A stretch of 64,000 nucleotides of DNA from Phoronis australis (lineage: Eukaryota > Animalia > Phoronida), in NCBI GenBank assembly GCA_002633005.1, contig NMRA01000711.1, positions 20,821 to 84,820 on the forward strand, in the 5' to 3' direction. This document shows, in pieces, positions 13,713-37,600 of this stretch. Positions within the stretch are counted from its first letter, which is position 1, and each line of letters begins with the position of its first letter. The position numbers and the translations under genes were made by a program. The notes below the pieces were generated by a model. The model ran no database searches, was not told the origin of the DNA, and saw only the letters and a program-made list of their open reading frames with translations.

Positions 13713-14559
13713 TACAGATGGACAACAACAACATAGTTGCAGCTACTGGTACTATTATAACTACAATAACTAAGTCAGTAATAAATTTGAATTTGCTTCC
13801 GATTCGAAGAGCTTCACGTGACCATCGTGTCGTACCCCGCGGCTAACTTCACCTGAGTGGTATTTGCATAGGATGATAGGATCGTGCAGACGATTAAAGG
13901 AGGCTTTATTACTCATCGGCGTTGAACACACGTGATGGTTACACCATAGGGTAACAAGGGAGTCTATAAATAAATGTCTATACCTAGCTAAGCTATATAG
14001 CAGCCAGAGAGCTCCCAAAAAGTCACAGTGCGGTATGAATGCCTTAAAATCGACCTAGAAACATAACAGCAGAAAATAGGTTTGCTTGCTAACATAGTGC
14101 GGTAAAGGGCAGGTATTTTCAAGTTTGAAATTGGAAGGGTTCGTCAAACCCATCCAGTGTCCACTTCCATTGCGGATTGGAGGATTGACACGCATGCGCG
14201 TACAAGTGTGTGCGTTTCCGTCCTTAACATTCAGTAGAAGTAAGTTATAGGCATCCCCCGTCGATGCTCAAAAACCAGAATTTAACTATTACAGTGTTTT
14301 ATTGCACTGACAAAACACCGACGATCATGTTCACATTTTTGGGAAAAGTAGGTCTAGACCCAATAAAACTTTGGTCCAAGAAGATAGGCTTCTCTTGTCA
14401 ACAGTGTCAATTGTGCAGCCTCACACAGTTCATACGAGCAACTAACTTGGTGGAAAAGATTTCCAAGGTTCGATGCCACTATTCCGAATGTTCACTACTT
14501 CGAATGTCCACAATTCCAAAACAAGAACTCCGACAGTTATTTTTTCTTAATACAAGCAA

Positions 14560-14751
14560 AGGCCCATGAGTCGATTTTGCATTACATCCAGGTTCTAATT
14601 CACACCCTTGCACACATTCATTAGTAAGACCGAGCTCAGAGGAGTAGAAGACACCTTTGTGCAATGCTCGATTGTCATCCAGTGAAGGCAGGATTCGAAC
14701 CCAGGTCTCCCAAACAGAAGTCCTGACCTCTGATTGTCTGCTAATGAGTCC
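14560..14751 (-). mobile_element. tRNA-derived SINE-like element
   Basis: Minus-strand head GGACTCATTAGCAGAC...CTGGGTTCGAATCCTG contains a perfect Pol III B-box (14691-14701) but no full cloverleaf. The 3' boundary is approximate. Confidence 0.45.
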
Positions 14752-16520
14752 TAACAGACATGAATAAAGTATCGTATTTGTACCCATTTAGTAACCATTT
14801 AAAGGGAGTGCAAAAGTTGATTAGTTATTACCACACTGATTAGATTGTATAATGAGCTCAGGTACACTTATTGCCAATCGTGATTCTTGAATCTTACTCA
14901 TTCTCAAGCATGGACAACATCTGGCGGCAACCAACGGTTTTAAATTTAAGAAGACTGAACGGGGCTCTCTGACTGCGTGAAGATAGGCAGGGACAAGGTA
15001 ACCTGCAAACCGTACATTTAATTTCGATCCGGTCGTGTACGTACGGTGGTTCCGGTGCCGGGGTGATTTTCAGTCGCAGCGGCCCTAAACTTTTCAGTCG
15101 CGCTGTGAAATGACCTTGACATGGATTTGATGAATGAATGTGGTTACTTGATAATTCATCAATATTCCCACTCCATATTTTTTTTAAAATGCAATGAAGT
15201 TCTCATTTTTCCGTGTTGGTAAGACGAGCGTGAAATCCAAACAAAGTATTTTAGTATCCGGGCGTTGTTTTCGATATAGGTACACCATTAAGTTTATCAA
15301 ATAACCGAAGTATCATTCATTTTTGTATGTAAAATTGTAAAATTTACACAGGAGTTGAAAAAGTTAAATTTTTCCATAGTAGTGAACCTTCCGAATGACG
15401 AAGCGAGCGGTGAGTAGTGGGCTGTTCCCATTTCCAGCGACGTAAGCAACTTCAGTAACATGCAAAAATAAACAAAATAAACAATTTCGTTAAATTACTC
15501 TCCGCTACTTCTATCCCAGTAGGTGTAATCGTGTAATCACTCATTTAAGCATGTCTGGTTTGAAAATTTGGCAGGAAGTAACGCGAGAACGTGTTGGACC
15601 ACATTACATTCGAGTTGAGTCCCGTTGCAAGCAACAGTCACGGCATCCTCATCTCTGGTAGGACTAATTCCGTCTCATCTCAAAAACATATAGCCGAGTC
15701 ATATTTTGTATACAAGTTTTCCTACCCCCTGATTAAGCGGCGTCAACTGAGTGCGTTAATGAAAACTCCACAGTGTCGACGTTTGCAAAATATGAAAGGT
15801 CCACCCTTCAAGAAATTCGAACCACCCCCTGCGCAATGCTGGCTACGGGCCTGAAACCTAATGACATGTTGACAAATGTGCCTAAAACTGAAGACGAAAA
15901 ATGTATTTTCCAACTTCTGTTTTGATTCTGGCGAATCTAGGATATTGAAAGGGGGGACGAAAATTCGAATCTTCAAATCAGGAAGAAATGTCTATGTAAG
16001 CCTCCAAAACGGCATGCCGATAGCGCTTTTTAGACGTGTCCACGAGAGCTCCCCCACATCTTAAATCCGTCTATACATCTGGAATACTGCAGCAAGAGAT
16101 ATCCAATAAAATAGTCTGCATGCATTGAAGGGCCCCGTTGCATAAAGTTATACCCTGCAACAATGCGGCATTTTCACGCGCCTCATTGTTATTGTTCAGC
16201 AATGCACCTAAAGGTCATGCAACACTGAAACTTATCAAGCCCATAATTTTGAAGTTTTATGCAGCCCAGCCCTGGTGCATAGCTTTATATGTATTCAGTG
16301 AGTGTGAAAATTTATTGATGCAAAAAATTACAACAAAACAAGATATTGGAGAACCCCTTCTTACTGGGAAATGATGACTAGCTCCCTTGAAAATCTAAGT
16401 CATGACCCTCTGCTGCTGCTGCTGATCCATAATAACTGTAGGTCACCAGTTCAGATTCATCTTACGGTTGCAGTTTGTTTGGTTCCAACTCCATGCACCA
16501 AACCTTATTCCATAGCACTA

Positions 16521-16980
16521 CTAAGATGAAAAATCTATAACTCTTTTTTGGTAGGTAGTGCGGCATACTGGACAAACGAAACGCCTTTCCCCTACAGCAA
16601 ACTCTTCAAAGGCGTTCAAACAAACGTCATGAAAAACATGGGAACAAGACAGCAAAACTGTCTTTCTCGTACTGACATCCACGTCGAGCTTTCCAACATT
16701 ATCCAAGTCCGTCTTGCTACTATCATCAAAAGTTTGTTCAACTTTCTCACAAAATGTTTCGCGTGGGGATTTCTTTTTCGACACTCTTTCCTTTGCAGCA
16801 AAGACAGTCTTTCTCTTGGCGCCAACAGATGGCACACTAGTACTTTGCTTCTTATCCAGGGAGGCTAATTTCTCTTGTGCTTTTGTGGTGAACTCGGTGA
16901 AGTTCTCCTCTTCGCCGTCTGCTTGTGGCTGATGTGACAATGAATTCAAGCAAATAGGACACTCTTTGTGGCTCCTCTCG
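16521..16980 (-). CDS. RNF32: Second copy of the RNF32 terminal exon (RING2), 5' end lost in the gap; likely the alternate haplotype
   Basis: The protein matches 18369-18833 except QSTSV/QRTSV and GKLDV/GKPDV. Confidence 0.6.
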
Positions 16981-18368
16981 NNNNNNNNNNNNNNNNNNNN
17001 NNNNNNNNNNNNNNNNNNNNNNNNNNNNNNNNNNNNNNNNNNNNNNNNNNNNNNNNNNNNNNNNNNNNNNNNNNNNNNNNNNNNNNNNNNNNNNNNNNNN
17101 NNNNNNNNNNNNNNNNNNNNNNNNNNNNNNNNNNNNNNNNNNNNNNNNNNNNNNNNNNNNNNNNNNNNNNNNNNNNNNNNNNNNNNNNNNNNNNNNNNNN
17201 NNNNNNNNNNNNNNNNNNNNNNNNNNNNNNNNNNNNNNNNNNNNNNNNNNNNNNNNNNNNNNNNNNNNNNNNNNNNNNNNNNNNNNNNNNNNNNNNNNNN
17301 NGGCTGTTCCCATTTCCAACGACGTAAGCAACTTCAGTAACACGCACAAATAAACTAGATAAACAATTTCGTCAAGTTACTCTCCGCTACTTCTATCCCA
17401 GTAGGTGTAATCGTGTAATCACTCATTAAAGCATGCCTGGTTTGAAAATTTGGCAGGAAGTAACGCGAGAACGTGTTGGACCACATTACATTCGAATTGA
17501 GTCATGTTCTTTGCAAGCAACAGTCACGGCATCCTCATCTCTGGTAGGACTAATTCCGTCTCATCTCAAAAACATATAGCTGAGTCATCGTTGTGTATAC
17601 AAATTTCCCTCCCCCCTGATTAAGCGGCGTCGACGTTTGCAGAATACGAAAGGAAATTCGAACCACCCCTGCGCAAATGCTGGCTACGGGCCTGAAACCT
17701 GATGACATGTCGACAAATGAGCCTAAAACTGAAGACGAAACATGTATTTTCCAACATCTGTTTTGATTCTGGCGAATCTGGGATACTGAAAGGGGGAGGG
17801 ACAGAAATTCCAATCTTCAAATCCGGAAGAAATGTCTATGTAAGCCTCCAAAACGGCATGCCGATAGCGCTTTTTAGACGTGTCCACGAGAGCTCCCCCA
17901 CATCTTAAATCCGTCTATACATCTGGAATACTGCGGCAAAAGATATCCAATAAAATAGTCTGCATGCATTGAAGGGCCCACTTGCATAAAGTTATACCCT
18001 GCAACAATGCCGCATTGTCACGCGTCACATTGTTATTGTTCAGCAATGCACCTAAAGGTCACTCCCACATGCAACACTGAAACTTATCAAGCCCATAATT
18101 TGAAGTTTTATGCAGCCCAGCCCTGGTGCAGCGGCTTTACGTATGTATTGAGTGAGTGCGAAAATTTACTGATGCAAAAAAATACAACAAAACAAGATAT
18201 TGGCGAACCCCCGGCACCTTCTTACTGGGAAATGATGACTCTTGCTCCCTTGAAAATCTAAGTCATGACCCTCTGCTGCTGCTGGTGATCATTAATAACT
18301 GTAGGCCACGAGTTCAGATTTATCTTATTGTTCCAACTCCATACAGCAAACCTTATTCCATAGCACTA

Positions 18369-28608
<10,240 letters not shown>

Positions 28609-28909
28609 TTGTTTCTTTAAGCCATAGGATCCAAATCCGCTCATTTTCGTTGGGTGAATGTTTTGGCCAACAATGATATTCTTGAACGGCCACAAACATA
28701 GAAAGCGTCCTTTTTGCAACTGACGTTGTGAAGGACTCCAAAATGCGGAAGCGGAAGTGATGCGTTCAATTTTCAACAACAGGGGACGCTTCCAAACCAA
28801 CTGGGTTGAGTTCCGCCAGGACCACGCTCTGTAATTTAGCTGACAGCACGTGGTTTTGGCTAGATTTCATCGAGGTCCTAGCGTCACTGAACTCCACCCT
28901 TATAGCAGC
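28609..28909. promoter_or_regulatory. Putative bidirectional promoter shared by RNF32 and TSN
   Basis: Divergent ATGs are ~300 bp apart and the region is CpG-rich. Tandem ETS sites GCGGAAGCGGAAGTG at 28745-28759 and a half-CRE TGACG at 28721. Confidence 0.6.
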
Positions 28910-31900
28910 ATGAGCACGACTGTTTCTGATGTGTTCGCTTCTTTTCAAAAGTACATAAATGACGAGCACGATATCAAGGAAGTGAGCAATGACATGTCGT
29001 TTGTGATATGTTTTGTATTACACAATGTGCACACAGACACACCAACTGTCTTTTATCAGTAGTTTCCGCAATCATTTCAGCCTTGACTTGTCACCTAATC
29101 ATGACGGGTAGTGAGTAGGCCTACCGATGCCATGGCAAATAGTCGGACATAGCGGTTTCACTACTTTGTTTTTGTCAACATATCAGGGGCGGAAACAGGA
29201 TTTTGTGTTAGGGGGGCCAGGGCAGATATTTAGCCATTTACAATGATTTAGCCATGATTTTGACCTCCAGACATTCTCATCCCCGAACTGCCAAATGGAA
29301 TGTGAGAGAATTTTAGGGGGGCCATGGTCCCTTCACCCCCCCCCCCTCTAAATCCGCCACTGTATATTGTGACTTATAATTACGATTTTGGTATCCATTA
29401 CATCAGGAGATGTATATGCATTGGTCCTATATCGGTTTTACAATATCTTTACGTATTGGTCTGCTGGTGAAGGATGGTGACCACCAGTATATCCCGGCCG
29501 TTTAGGGATAAACTTTTTGGTGTGTACACCCCGCAATGTATGTAGTAGACCACTCCATCATTGATTTACATCATCAAGACCCCGATCATGAGTGATGTGG
29601 ATTCCTATAGCTCGACGTCTTATCTCCTATATCTTTAAAGTCCTTGCAAGATGTTTTTGAAATTTTGCCATTGTATTCTTATTAATTCAATTGAGAGCAG
29701 TTGGATGGATTCACTGTGGGTCCTAATGGCACTTTGTTGTATTAAGTTTGCCTTTGTATCTTTGGAGTTCTTCGATGGATTTTTTTTGAAATTTGGCAAA
29801 CAGTTTTGAGATACGACAACACCTTCCTGTTTTTGGATGTGTTCAATGTATTCTGTGCCATTTAATGGCCATTTTTACGATACACCCCTAGAAGCGGTGC
29901 TATCGTGGGCGCATTTCAACCCTTCGCATTGTTCTTGTTAAAATAGTGTTTTCCACACGAGATTTCGTCTGGTAATGTGGACACTAGATCTGCGTCATGT
30001 AGTCGAGACTCACGGTGATCAGTCACAGCTAGCTGCACAAGATGCGCTCTGACGGTGCAGTATTGACTATGTTAGTTTTGAAAATCCGTGTTTTTAATGC
30101 AAGTGTTTAGAAACTTTGTTTCAATGCAAGTGTCGAAAAAACATGTTTCAATAGTACATATCCAAAACTAATTAGATAAATTTTTGGTTCTCTGTCATGT
30201 CTAGTTCATGATGAATTGTTATTCTACTATGCTATCTTGGCGATTTAGAATTATGACACATTCAGGTCATCCTGTCTGATTGTTTCGTACATCACTAACT
30301 GGTTCCTTGATCAAACTTATTTTTGTCATTTTTTCAGGAAATCCGAGCTTGCGTTAGAAATCTTGAGCAAGCTGCCAGGGAGATCTTGACTGTATTACAA
30401 GGCGTTCATCAGCCTGATGGAATAAAGCAAAGTATGTTGGCTTATTAGAATGTCCGGTGTGCATTACGGCTCTTGTCTGGTTGAGGCTGAGGAATCTGAA
30501 ATTGTGAAAGTCAAAAATGAGTGTTGAACTGACCATAAAGACTAGCTTCCAAATTTTTTGATTCTTTGCATTGTCCATTGGTTAGAGGAATTCAGTTAGA
30601 TTGAGTTGGGGTGAACAAACAAAAGGGCAACTCAGAAATGTACATGATTTTGAACTCGGGCAACATTGTTTAAGTGACCGGAGAGCCAACATTTTGACTG
30701 CTGTTGGGTGACGGAAAAATCGACAGCCTAGGATCATCCGATGCGGTGAGGTCTCGCGTTACGTACAATGTGAACAGCAGCACCCAGGGAATGGTGTTTA
30801 TTTACAGGAGAAATTGAAGAGATGTGCATAATTTTTAATAATGGCGCCAGTGGAACAACAGTTTTTTGTTGTTGATTTTGGTCGGCGATTTTCGACCTCA
30901 GTCTTAGCGACGTCAATTTTCATTTGGCAATCTAGGATTTTCGCTAAGTCACGTCTGGCGAGTTGGCGTTGGCTTAGCATCGAGAACTGGTTAGTAATCT
31001 CCATACCTGAGGTGGTGCTGGTTTCTTTTTTGATAATCAGCTAACATTAGCAGCATGCAGGAGCATAAACAGGCACCAGGGTACTTTTCAAGAAGTCTCG
31101 ACTAAATACAGAATCTATTTGTGTTCATCTCGATAGTATTACATATACCTGACTAAGAAAACGGTTTCTTGAGCGATATGTTTGAAAGAACAAAATTGAC
31201 ACAATAAATGTGATTTTACAAATTATGTGGGTGGGTGCTTATTTGGTAAGGTTTAGTGTAAAAGCAGTCAGTGCTGGATGAAGGTTTCTTGAGCTCATAA
31301 GCAATGAGGGCCATGGTAATTTAACTGCCTTCCCCAGTCATCGCAATTTCACCTGTCTGCCCCTATGAGATTGGGGCACCCAGTTTGTGCAGGCTCTAAG
31401 ATGTAGCTTTTAATGGATATTCATGCAGTGGAAGTTGGTGACACACATATGTCTGCTGCTCAATGAAGTTGATCACACCATGTGTTAGGTTATGTAGGGC
31501 CCTAAAAATGGCCAATTTTGGCCAACTTGGGAACATCGTATTACAAATATGGCTGATTGGATTCTCCAAAGCACTGTCAGATATCATTTTTAAAATTTCA
31601 ACTTTTGCATGAAGGGCTATCAAAAAATAGGACTTAATATTTTTTGTGAAAAAGTATTAACTTCGTTGCATAGAAGGAAAGTGAAATGATAATTTAGAAA
31701 TTTGTGTTTTTGAGATTTTGTCTGAAACATTGGTAACATACAAAGTTTTTGATCCTGTTGTATTGCTATGAATCTATCTCAATATTTCTGTTTTCCTTTG
31801 CAAGAAAGCAAGTTCGTATGACCTAATCAGTGGCGGATTGGTATGAATTAAAACATGAAATTCTATAGAATTTCGGGTTTCAGAAAATACATAGTTTTGC

Positions 31901-34633
31901 TGATTTAAGTTCTTCAGTTTTCTTTAGTTTTGTAAATGTTCAGCTAAATGTGCACACTTTTCATTAATGTCCTCCGTAACCATACTCAGTTCGCTTATTA
32001 GTCAGTTTATGGTAGGCACTTGTTGTCACTTGCAGTTTTCCCAACCATTTCAGTATCCAGTATTACCACTAGCGCCAGAGAACTTCTGCCAAGAGTGAAG
32101 GACATGTTACAGGAACTATCTGTCAAGATACCAAAGAACCAGTATTATAGGTACTGCTTAATTGTGTAGTTTTGAGAGTTCCCATCCCCTTTCTAACATA
32201 TTGTCTGCACTGTTAAAACTTCTGCTATAAACTGTTCAGATGAAAAATTAACCTTTGATACAATATGGCTATTTTATGGTAAGCAGAGTGCCAGTGTCAG
32301 TGTTAGTGTCTTTAAACAATATTTGGTAAACTTATCATTATGTACAAAGGTAACCTGCCATTGAAAGGTGGAAGAATGGCCATTTTCATTGACAGTTACT
32401 TTCGTTTGAAATAAGTGAATGTCGGTAAAACTGGCCTCTGCTTATTTTTTTGCTCACATTAGGGGTGATTTTTGGGCTTGGATGGAACTAACATCCATCA
32501 TCCAGTTATTGCTGAGAACTAGGCTTATAGTTTTCACGTTCGGTGTCAAGCTGTTGGGTAGTGTTAGTTTTTGTTAAGGATGGAGAACCCCTCTTAACCT
32601 AGCATATCCCCTCTTAACTTATCGGGCCTCCCTCTAAATCTAGCAGAACCTCTTTAAACCTAGCATACCTCCCTCTAAACCTAGCATAGTGATACCCCCT
32701 CTAAACCTACCAGACCCCCTCTAAACCTAGCATACCCCCTCTTAACCTAGCATACCCTTCTAAACCTAGCAGACCCCCTCTAANCCTTAGCAAAAGACTA
32801 TGTTCATTGAATGAATTGTCTGTAACTAATCTCGTCATTTTTATAGGTTTCATGATCAGTGGCGGTTTGCTATCCAACGGCTCGTTTTTGTGACAGCCTT
32901 CATTGTCTACCTTGAGACTGATCAACTCATACAGCAATCAATGTCAGCAGACATGTTGGGAGGTAAGCACACACATTGTCGGCAGACATGTTGGGAGGTA
33001 AGCACACACATTGTCGGCCATGATGCTGTTTTCTCTTTGGGTTACCAACACCCAGCTGTGCTTCCTTACTCTTGTTGTTTAAACCATACCTCACCGACTG
33101 TTTATTGTCCCTGACAAACTGGGCGTGAATGCTTCCTTTTTGTGGTGACTTCGATTTCAGCTTTTAGTTGGAAATGAGAGATAACCTGCAGTTGATTTGA
33201 GGGGAATGTGATGTTAAAGACTGGGGTCTCTAGTCATATAAAGACTGGGGTCTCTAAGGATGGTAGCCTTTTTTGTTGCATTGCCATCTAGTTGTTCTGA
33301 TTTTGATAAAGTAATCGATTTTTTGATCACCGTATTTGTTTTTTCCTGAGTCGCCATGCAAGAGAGAAAGTATTCAATTAATAATACATTATTAATCGTT
33401 TTTAATTCTGCGTGGAACACTTGTTGTGAATTTTGGGACACTAATTTGTAACCTGACTTGAGCATTTTATTCATCCATATTCATTTTTTTCGTCTGACAA
33501 TTAACTGACCTGATGCATCTTTGCTCCTCAGGGAGAAAATATCTTTGGCTTGGATCACAGTTGTTCTTATTTCTGTAGTTTCACCTGAACGAACAGCGGA
33601 CAGCGCATTCCATATAGACTTGGATGACTTCCTTATAGGCTTATTGTGGCTGACTAGTGAACTGGTACGTTATACTCTACTTTGAACTCAATGTCCAGTT
33701 ATGAAGGTTGTCTCCAGGATAAATTAATAATAAGCCAACAACATTGTTGAAGCTTTACTATACTGCAACTCATCCTGAAACCTGTGCCTCTCTACTTATG
33801 GAAACAAGCCCACGTCAAATTCACCCAAGGTTTCAGTCTTTTTTTTTCAAAACCCGCTCAATCAACACGAGGAGCGCAGGAAATGACGCCGTTGCACCTC
33901 TGAAGCTGGTTCAAGATGATTACTTCAGGTGGATTATTTCAAGAAAAATGGGAAACTTCATCACTGCCAGTTTACAAAAAATAACATATACAATCATACA
34001 ACAGTCAGTTTGTTGGTCCAACACATGGTTCAATGTTTATTTATTATTTTGCCGAGATTTACTGTGCATTATGTAAGTTTTTTTTTCAAATTTGAATCAA
34101 TGTAAATAGTTGTCCTTTTTTCAGTGTTTGAAGGCTTTGTAAAATTGCAGAAACTGCTCATAATTTTAATGTCTATTATCTAAGAACAACTACAGTTGAC
34201 TAACTGTGCTCGACACGAAACAAATTTCCTACTTTTTCTTGTCAAGAAATTTGACAAAAGTAAGATTTTGCAGTCCTGCCATATGATTCTAATCGCTTTT
34301 AGTGTGAGATAAATAGTTTCATATTTTTGGATAATCGTTGACTCAGAAGCTCAAAGACAGTATTCCAATTTGTCCCGGGGAGTCATCAGCTCTCCTTATG
34401 TTTTGTAGTCGAGGCTTGCAGTAAACGCGGTTATAGCCGAAGATTATGGAAGGCCGGCCAGAATAGCCAAGTTTATTGGGGAGCTTGACTCGGGTTTTCG
34501 TTTGTTGAACCTCAAGAATGATGCGCTACGGAAGAAGTTTGATGCACTTAAGTATGATCTCAAAAAGGCGGAGGAAGTTGTGTACGATGTGAAAATAAGA
34601 GGACTTGAACCTTTGGTAGAAAAAAATACCTGA
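28910..34633 (+). CDS. TSN: Translin, 229 aa; join(28910..28981,30338..30431,32054..32150,32847..32962,33579..33664,34409..34633)
   Basis: Translin motifs: EHDIKEEIR..LEQAAREILTVLQGVHQ, NQYYRFHDQWRFAIQRLVF, FHIDLDDFL, SELSRLAVNAV..ELDSGFRLLNLKNDALRKKFDALKYDLKKAEEVVYD. All introns are GT-AG with consistent phases; 690 nt in total. Confidence 0.96.
29184..29362. mobile_element. Short MITE with CAG(G/T)GGCGGA terminal inverted repeats
   Basis: CAGGGGCGGA...TCCGCCACTG ends with subterminal G/C runs, in TSN intron 1. Confidence 0.6.
32588..32792. repeat. ~20-bp minisatellite (CCCCTCTAAACCTAGCA..)
   Basis: About 10 degenerate copies in TSN intron 3. Confidence 0.75.
32947..33018 (+). repeat. 35-bp tandem duplication containing the TSN exon 4 splice donor
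   Basis: GCAGACATGTTGGGAG|GTAAGCACACACATTGTCG occurs twice; donors at 32963 and 32998. Confidence 0.85.
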
Positions 34634-37402
34634 AATGACTGGATGAATTAGATGGTCATTCAGTGAATAGTTTTTGATGAGGTGATTATTCATCAAGGGT
34701 AGGTTCAGGGGTAGGTTCAACCGAGGTGAATATTGAGGGAGACATCCCATGAATGTTCACAAATGAGACTGTCTAATTATTCACAAAAGGTGCGCAACTT
34801 ATACTTTTAAAAAACACTGTGTTTAGCTTCCTTGCGACATTCTTGTTGAATGAATATTGGCAGATAACTCATGCTCCTGTTTGTCCAATCAGGGTGAAAA
34901 GAATTAAATGAGATTATCGTTCAGCTTAAGTGAACAACTTAGAGAGGCATGGAATGCAAAAGCTCGTCAAAAATATCTTTTAAACAATTCCTGATGAAAG
35001 TACCATATTGCAACGTCTGTTGCAGAGTAATACACTTTCCCGTGTATCAAATTCCCAGAAAAAAATCTCATGTCACAATTTTTAAAAACGCAAAAGAAAA
35101 CTCTGTGGTTACGACAGAGTTTCTTATCTCCCTTCCCACTTCTGATAAATTTGCTCACCATCAGTTGCTTGAAATCACTCGAGATCAAAGGTCACATTTT
35201 CCATATAAGGGAAATATGCTAACATGGCTGTTTTGCCATACCAAATAAGGAGGTATGCTTTGTCTTGTAGGAGAAAATCATTGAAGTGGCAGTTGACAGA
35301 TCGTTTTCTTTTTAAATTTGGAACTAAAAGAAAATGCTTTGATATCAGCAGAAATTAATCTTTACAGCAAACCCTAAAATACCTGGTAAGCAGGTTGAAT
35401 TCTGTTTCAGTGGCAGGTAACCACTTTCAAGTTATCATGTTCCAGGCCTCTTTTAACATTTTCATTACATGCCATGTAGCACCAGATGAGTGTAAACTTC
35501 TATTGTGTGAGGCATGCGATGTTATTATGTCTCGGAATAATCTCGAAAAAAATTGATTCAAGGTGACGTCAGCAATATTGTTCACGTATCTGCAGACATT
35601 TCACTGAGCAGCATTTTTGAATCTGACATTCCTACTTTTGTTTCTCATTTACATGATATATGCACCATCACTTCTTGGTACTAGTTATGGTACTGTCTTA
35701 TCTTAGCAAGATAATTTGCTAACATTTGCTTGTGGCAATATCAGATGTTGCTACAACTTACAGTATTATGAACAATTATTTTCATAGGCTCAAATTTCCC
35801 CATTTGTCAACTCCAGCCTTACAGCAAGTCATTTCTGCAGTTTGAAAGTTGTTGATATACTCTGTGACTAAGTGTGCACACAAACATGTGAATTACAGAG
35901 AGGAATTTTGAGACTACGAATATATATCCCACCAACATGATCAGATAGGCCTTTAGCTAAGAAACAGGAGAACATTGAAATTTGTTTAGCAATGGAAGCA
36001 CAAGATTGGTTTTCTATCAGTCATGTTGACCGCTAGCAGTTAAAAGTGGCGACTGCTGGTCAAACAAAACAACAAAGTGAACTCTAGTTTGTTATTTTAT
36101 TAAGATCTTATCCTCTTTTCACATGACATACAAGGTCATGACCTTATACTGAAACTGTGGCTGTAACATTGGGTAAAGTTAAACTGATATTTTGACATGC
36201 TCTCTTCAACAAGGTAGATACATAAACTGACTTAAAACTCCACCCTAGAAAATTAGGCATTTCAATATTTAGTAAATACTTAAGATTATGTTTGAACAAA
36301 TAACAAATACATCAAAAGTATCCAAAAGGTGGCGCCGATTCACTCGGCATCAATATCATGTACGAGTTAATTATCCACAGTCCAATAGGGCCACATGCAG
36401 TGCACTCGATTTAAAAAGTCAAAAACACTGTTTTAGCTCAAATTTACTATACCATTTCTCGCACTTGATCAAATTCTATACGTTAAGAAACTAGATGTAA
36501 CAATTGTTTAGTGTCCTCCACTATCTCTCTTTAGTGAGGGCTCTGAGCACAAATAAGTAGCTGCTCATGATCAGTGTTCAGGTGGTGTGTCATGATTAAG
36601 TTGCCTAACAATCAAAAACAACATACTCATCCTAAACTGCCCCTATACACCATCTGACTAACAGTTTCTACAGCAAAAGTGAGCAAATTAACCAAAATTC
36701 TGTTTCTGGAAATGAAAAGAAGCCTTTAATTGCACAATTCTGAAACATGGGCGCTTATTAAAGAGAATATAATACTACAGTACAAGACAAAAGTCGCCCG
36801 ACAAATGCTGTTTCTCTGTCCTGACAGCTATTTCTGTTAAATCCAAAAAATGACGGGTAATAACTATTAGGGCAGTAAAATTTTAAAATGAAAGCCCTCT
36901 CAGTAACTTTCCTGTTAATTTCCCTTCATTCTCAGTCATCAGGGGGCACTGCTCTCATGTTCAATTTGGCTTCAGCTCAATAATGATGAGAAATTCAGGT
37001 CCTTTTGTCTGAATACCTTTGGCTTGTACTGTAGCTGGTGCACAGCAGTAAAAACCTGGATAGCACAAGACATTTGCTGCTACATTATTGTTAGTGACAG
37101 TAGGTGGAGCTACTGCATAAGCTAACTACAACACCATCCCTTCCTCCACTCTCCTCCTTACACTATGGGTCAACATTGCACTATGAAATGAACAGAACCC
37201 TGCATGATAAAACAATAATTAGGTAGACGACTGCGCGTCCTGGATTTCTAAACAAGTCACCTGAACGGGAGAACCGCAGCGACTTTTAGCAACGTGACAA
37301 TGGTGAGACATGCCTATGTAACTAAAACACTACATGTAATGCATGCACGTCCACACTATATGATGTGTCACGGTAATACTAATACCACACAACTCAAAAA
37401 GC

Positions 37403-37600
37403 ACCCCTACCCCACTCATCCCCCCACAATGCATTCCTATCCCCCACAATGCACCCCTACCCCACCCATNNNNNNNNNNNNNNNNNNNNNNNNNNNNNNN
37501 NNNNNCCCCCCTACCCCACCCATCCGCCACAATTCACCCTTACCCCACCCATCCCCCTACAATATACTCCTACCCCATCCATCTCCCCACAATGCCCCTA
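37403..37600. repeat. C-rich minisatellite (CCCCTACCCCACCCATCCCCCACAAT)
   Basis: Degenerate copies around a short N gap. Confidence 0.65.

Noticed and set aside
14681-14751. tRNA gene
   Set aside because: A B-box is present but there is no acceptor or anticodon stem pairing; it is better explained as a SINE head.
16521-16980. Independent RNF32 paralog
   Set aside because: Only the last exon is present, it is near-identical, and it flanks a gap. This fits an uncollapsed haplotype.
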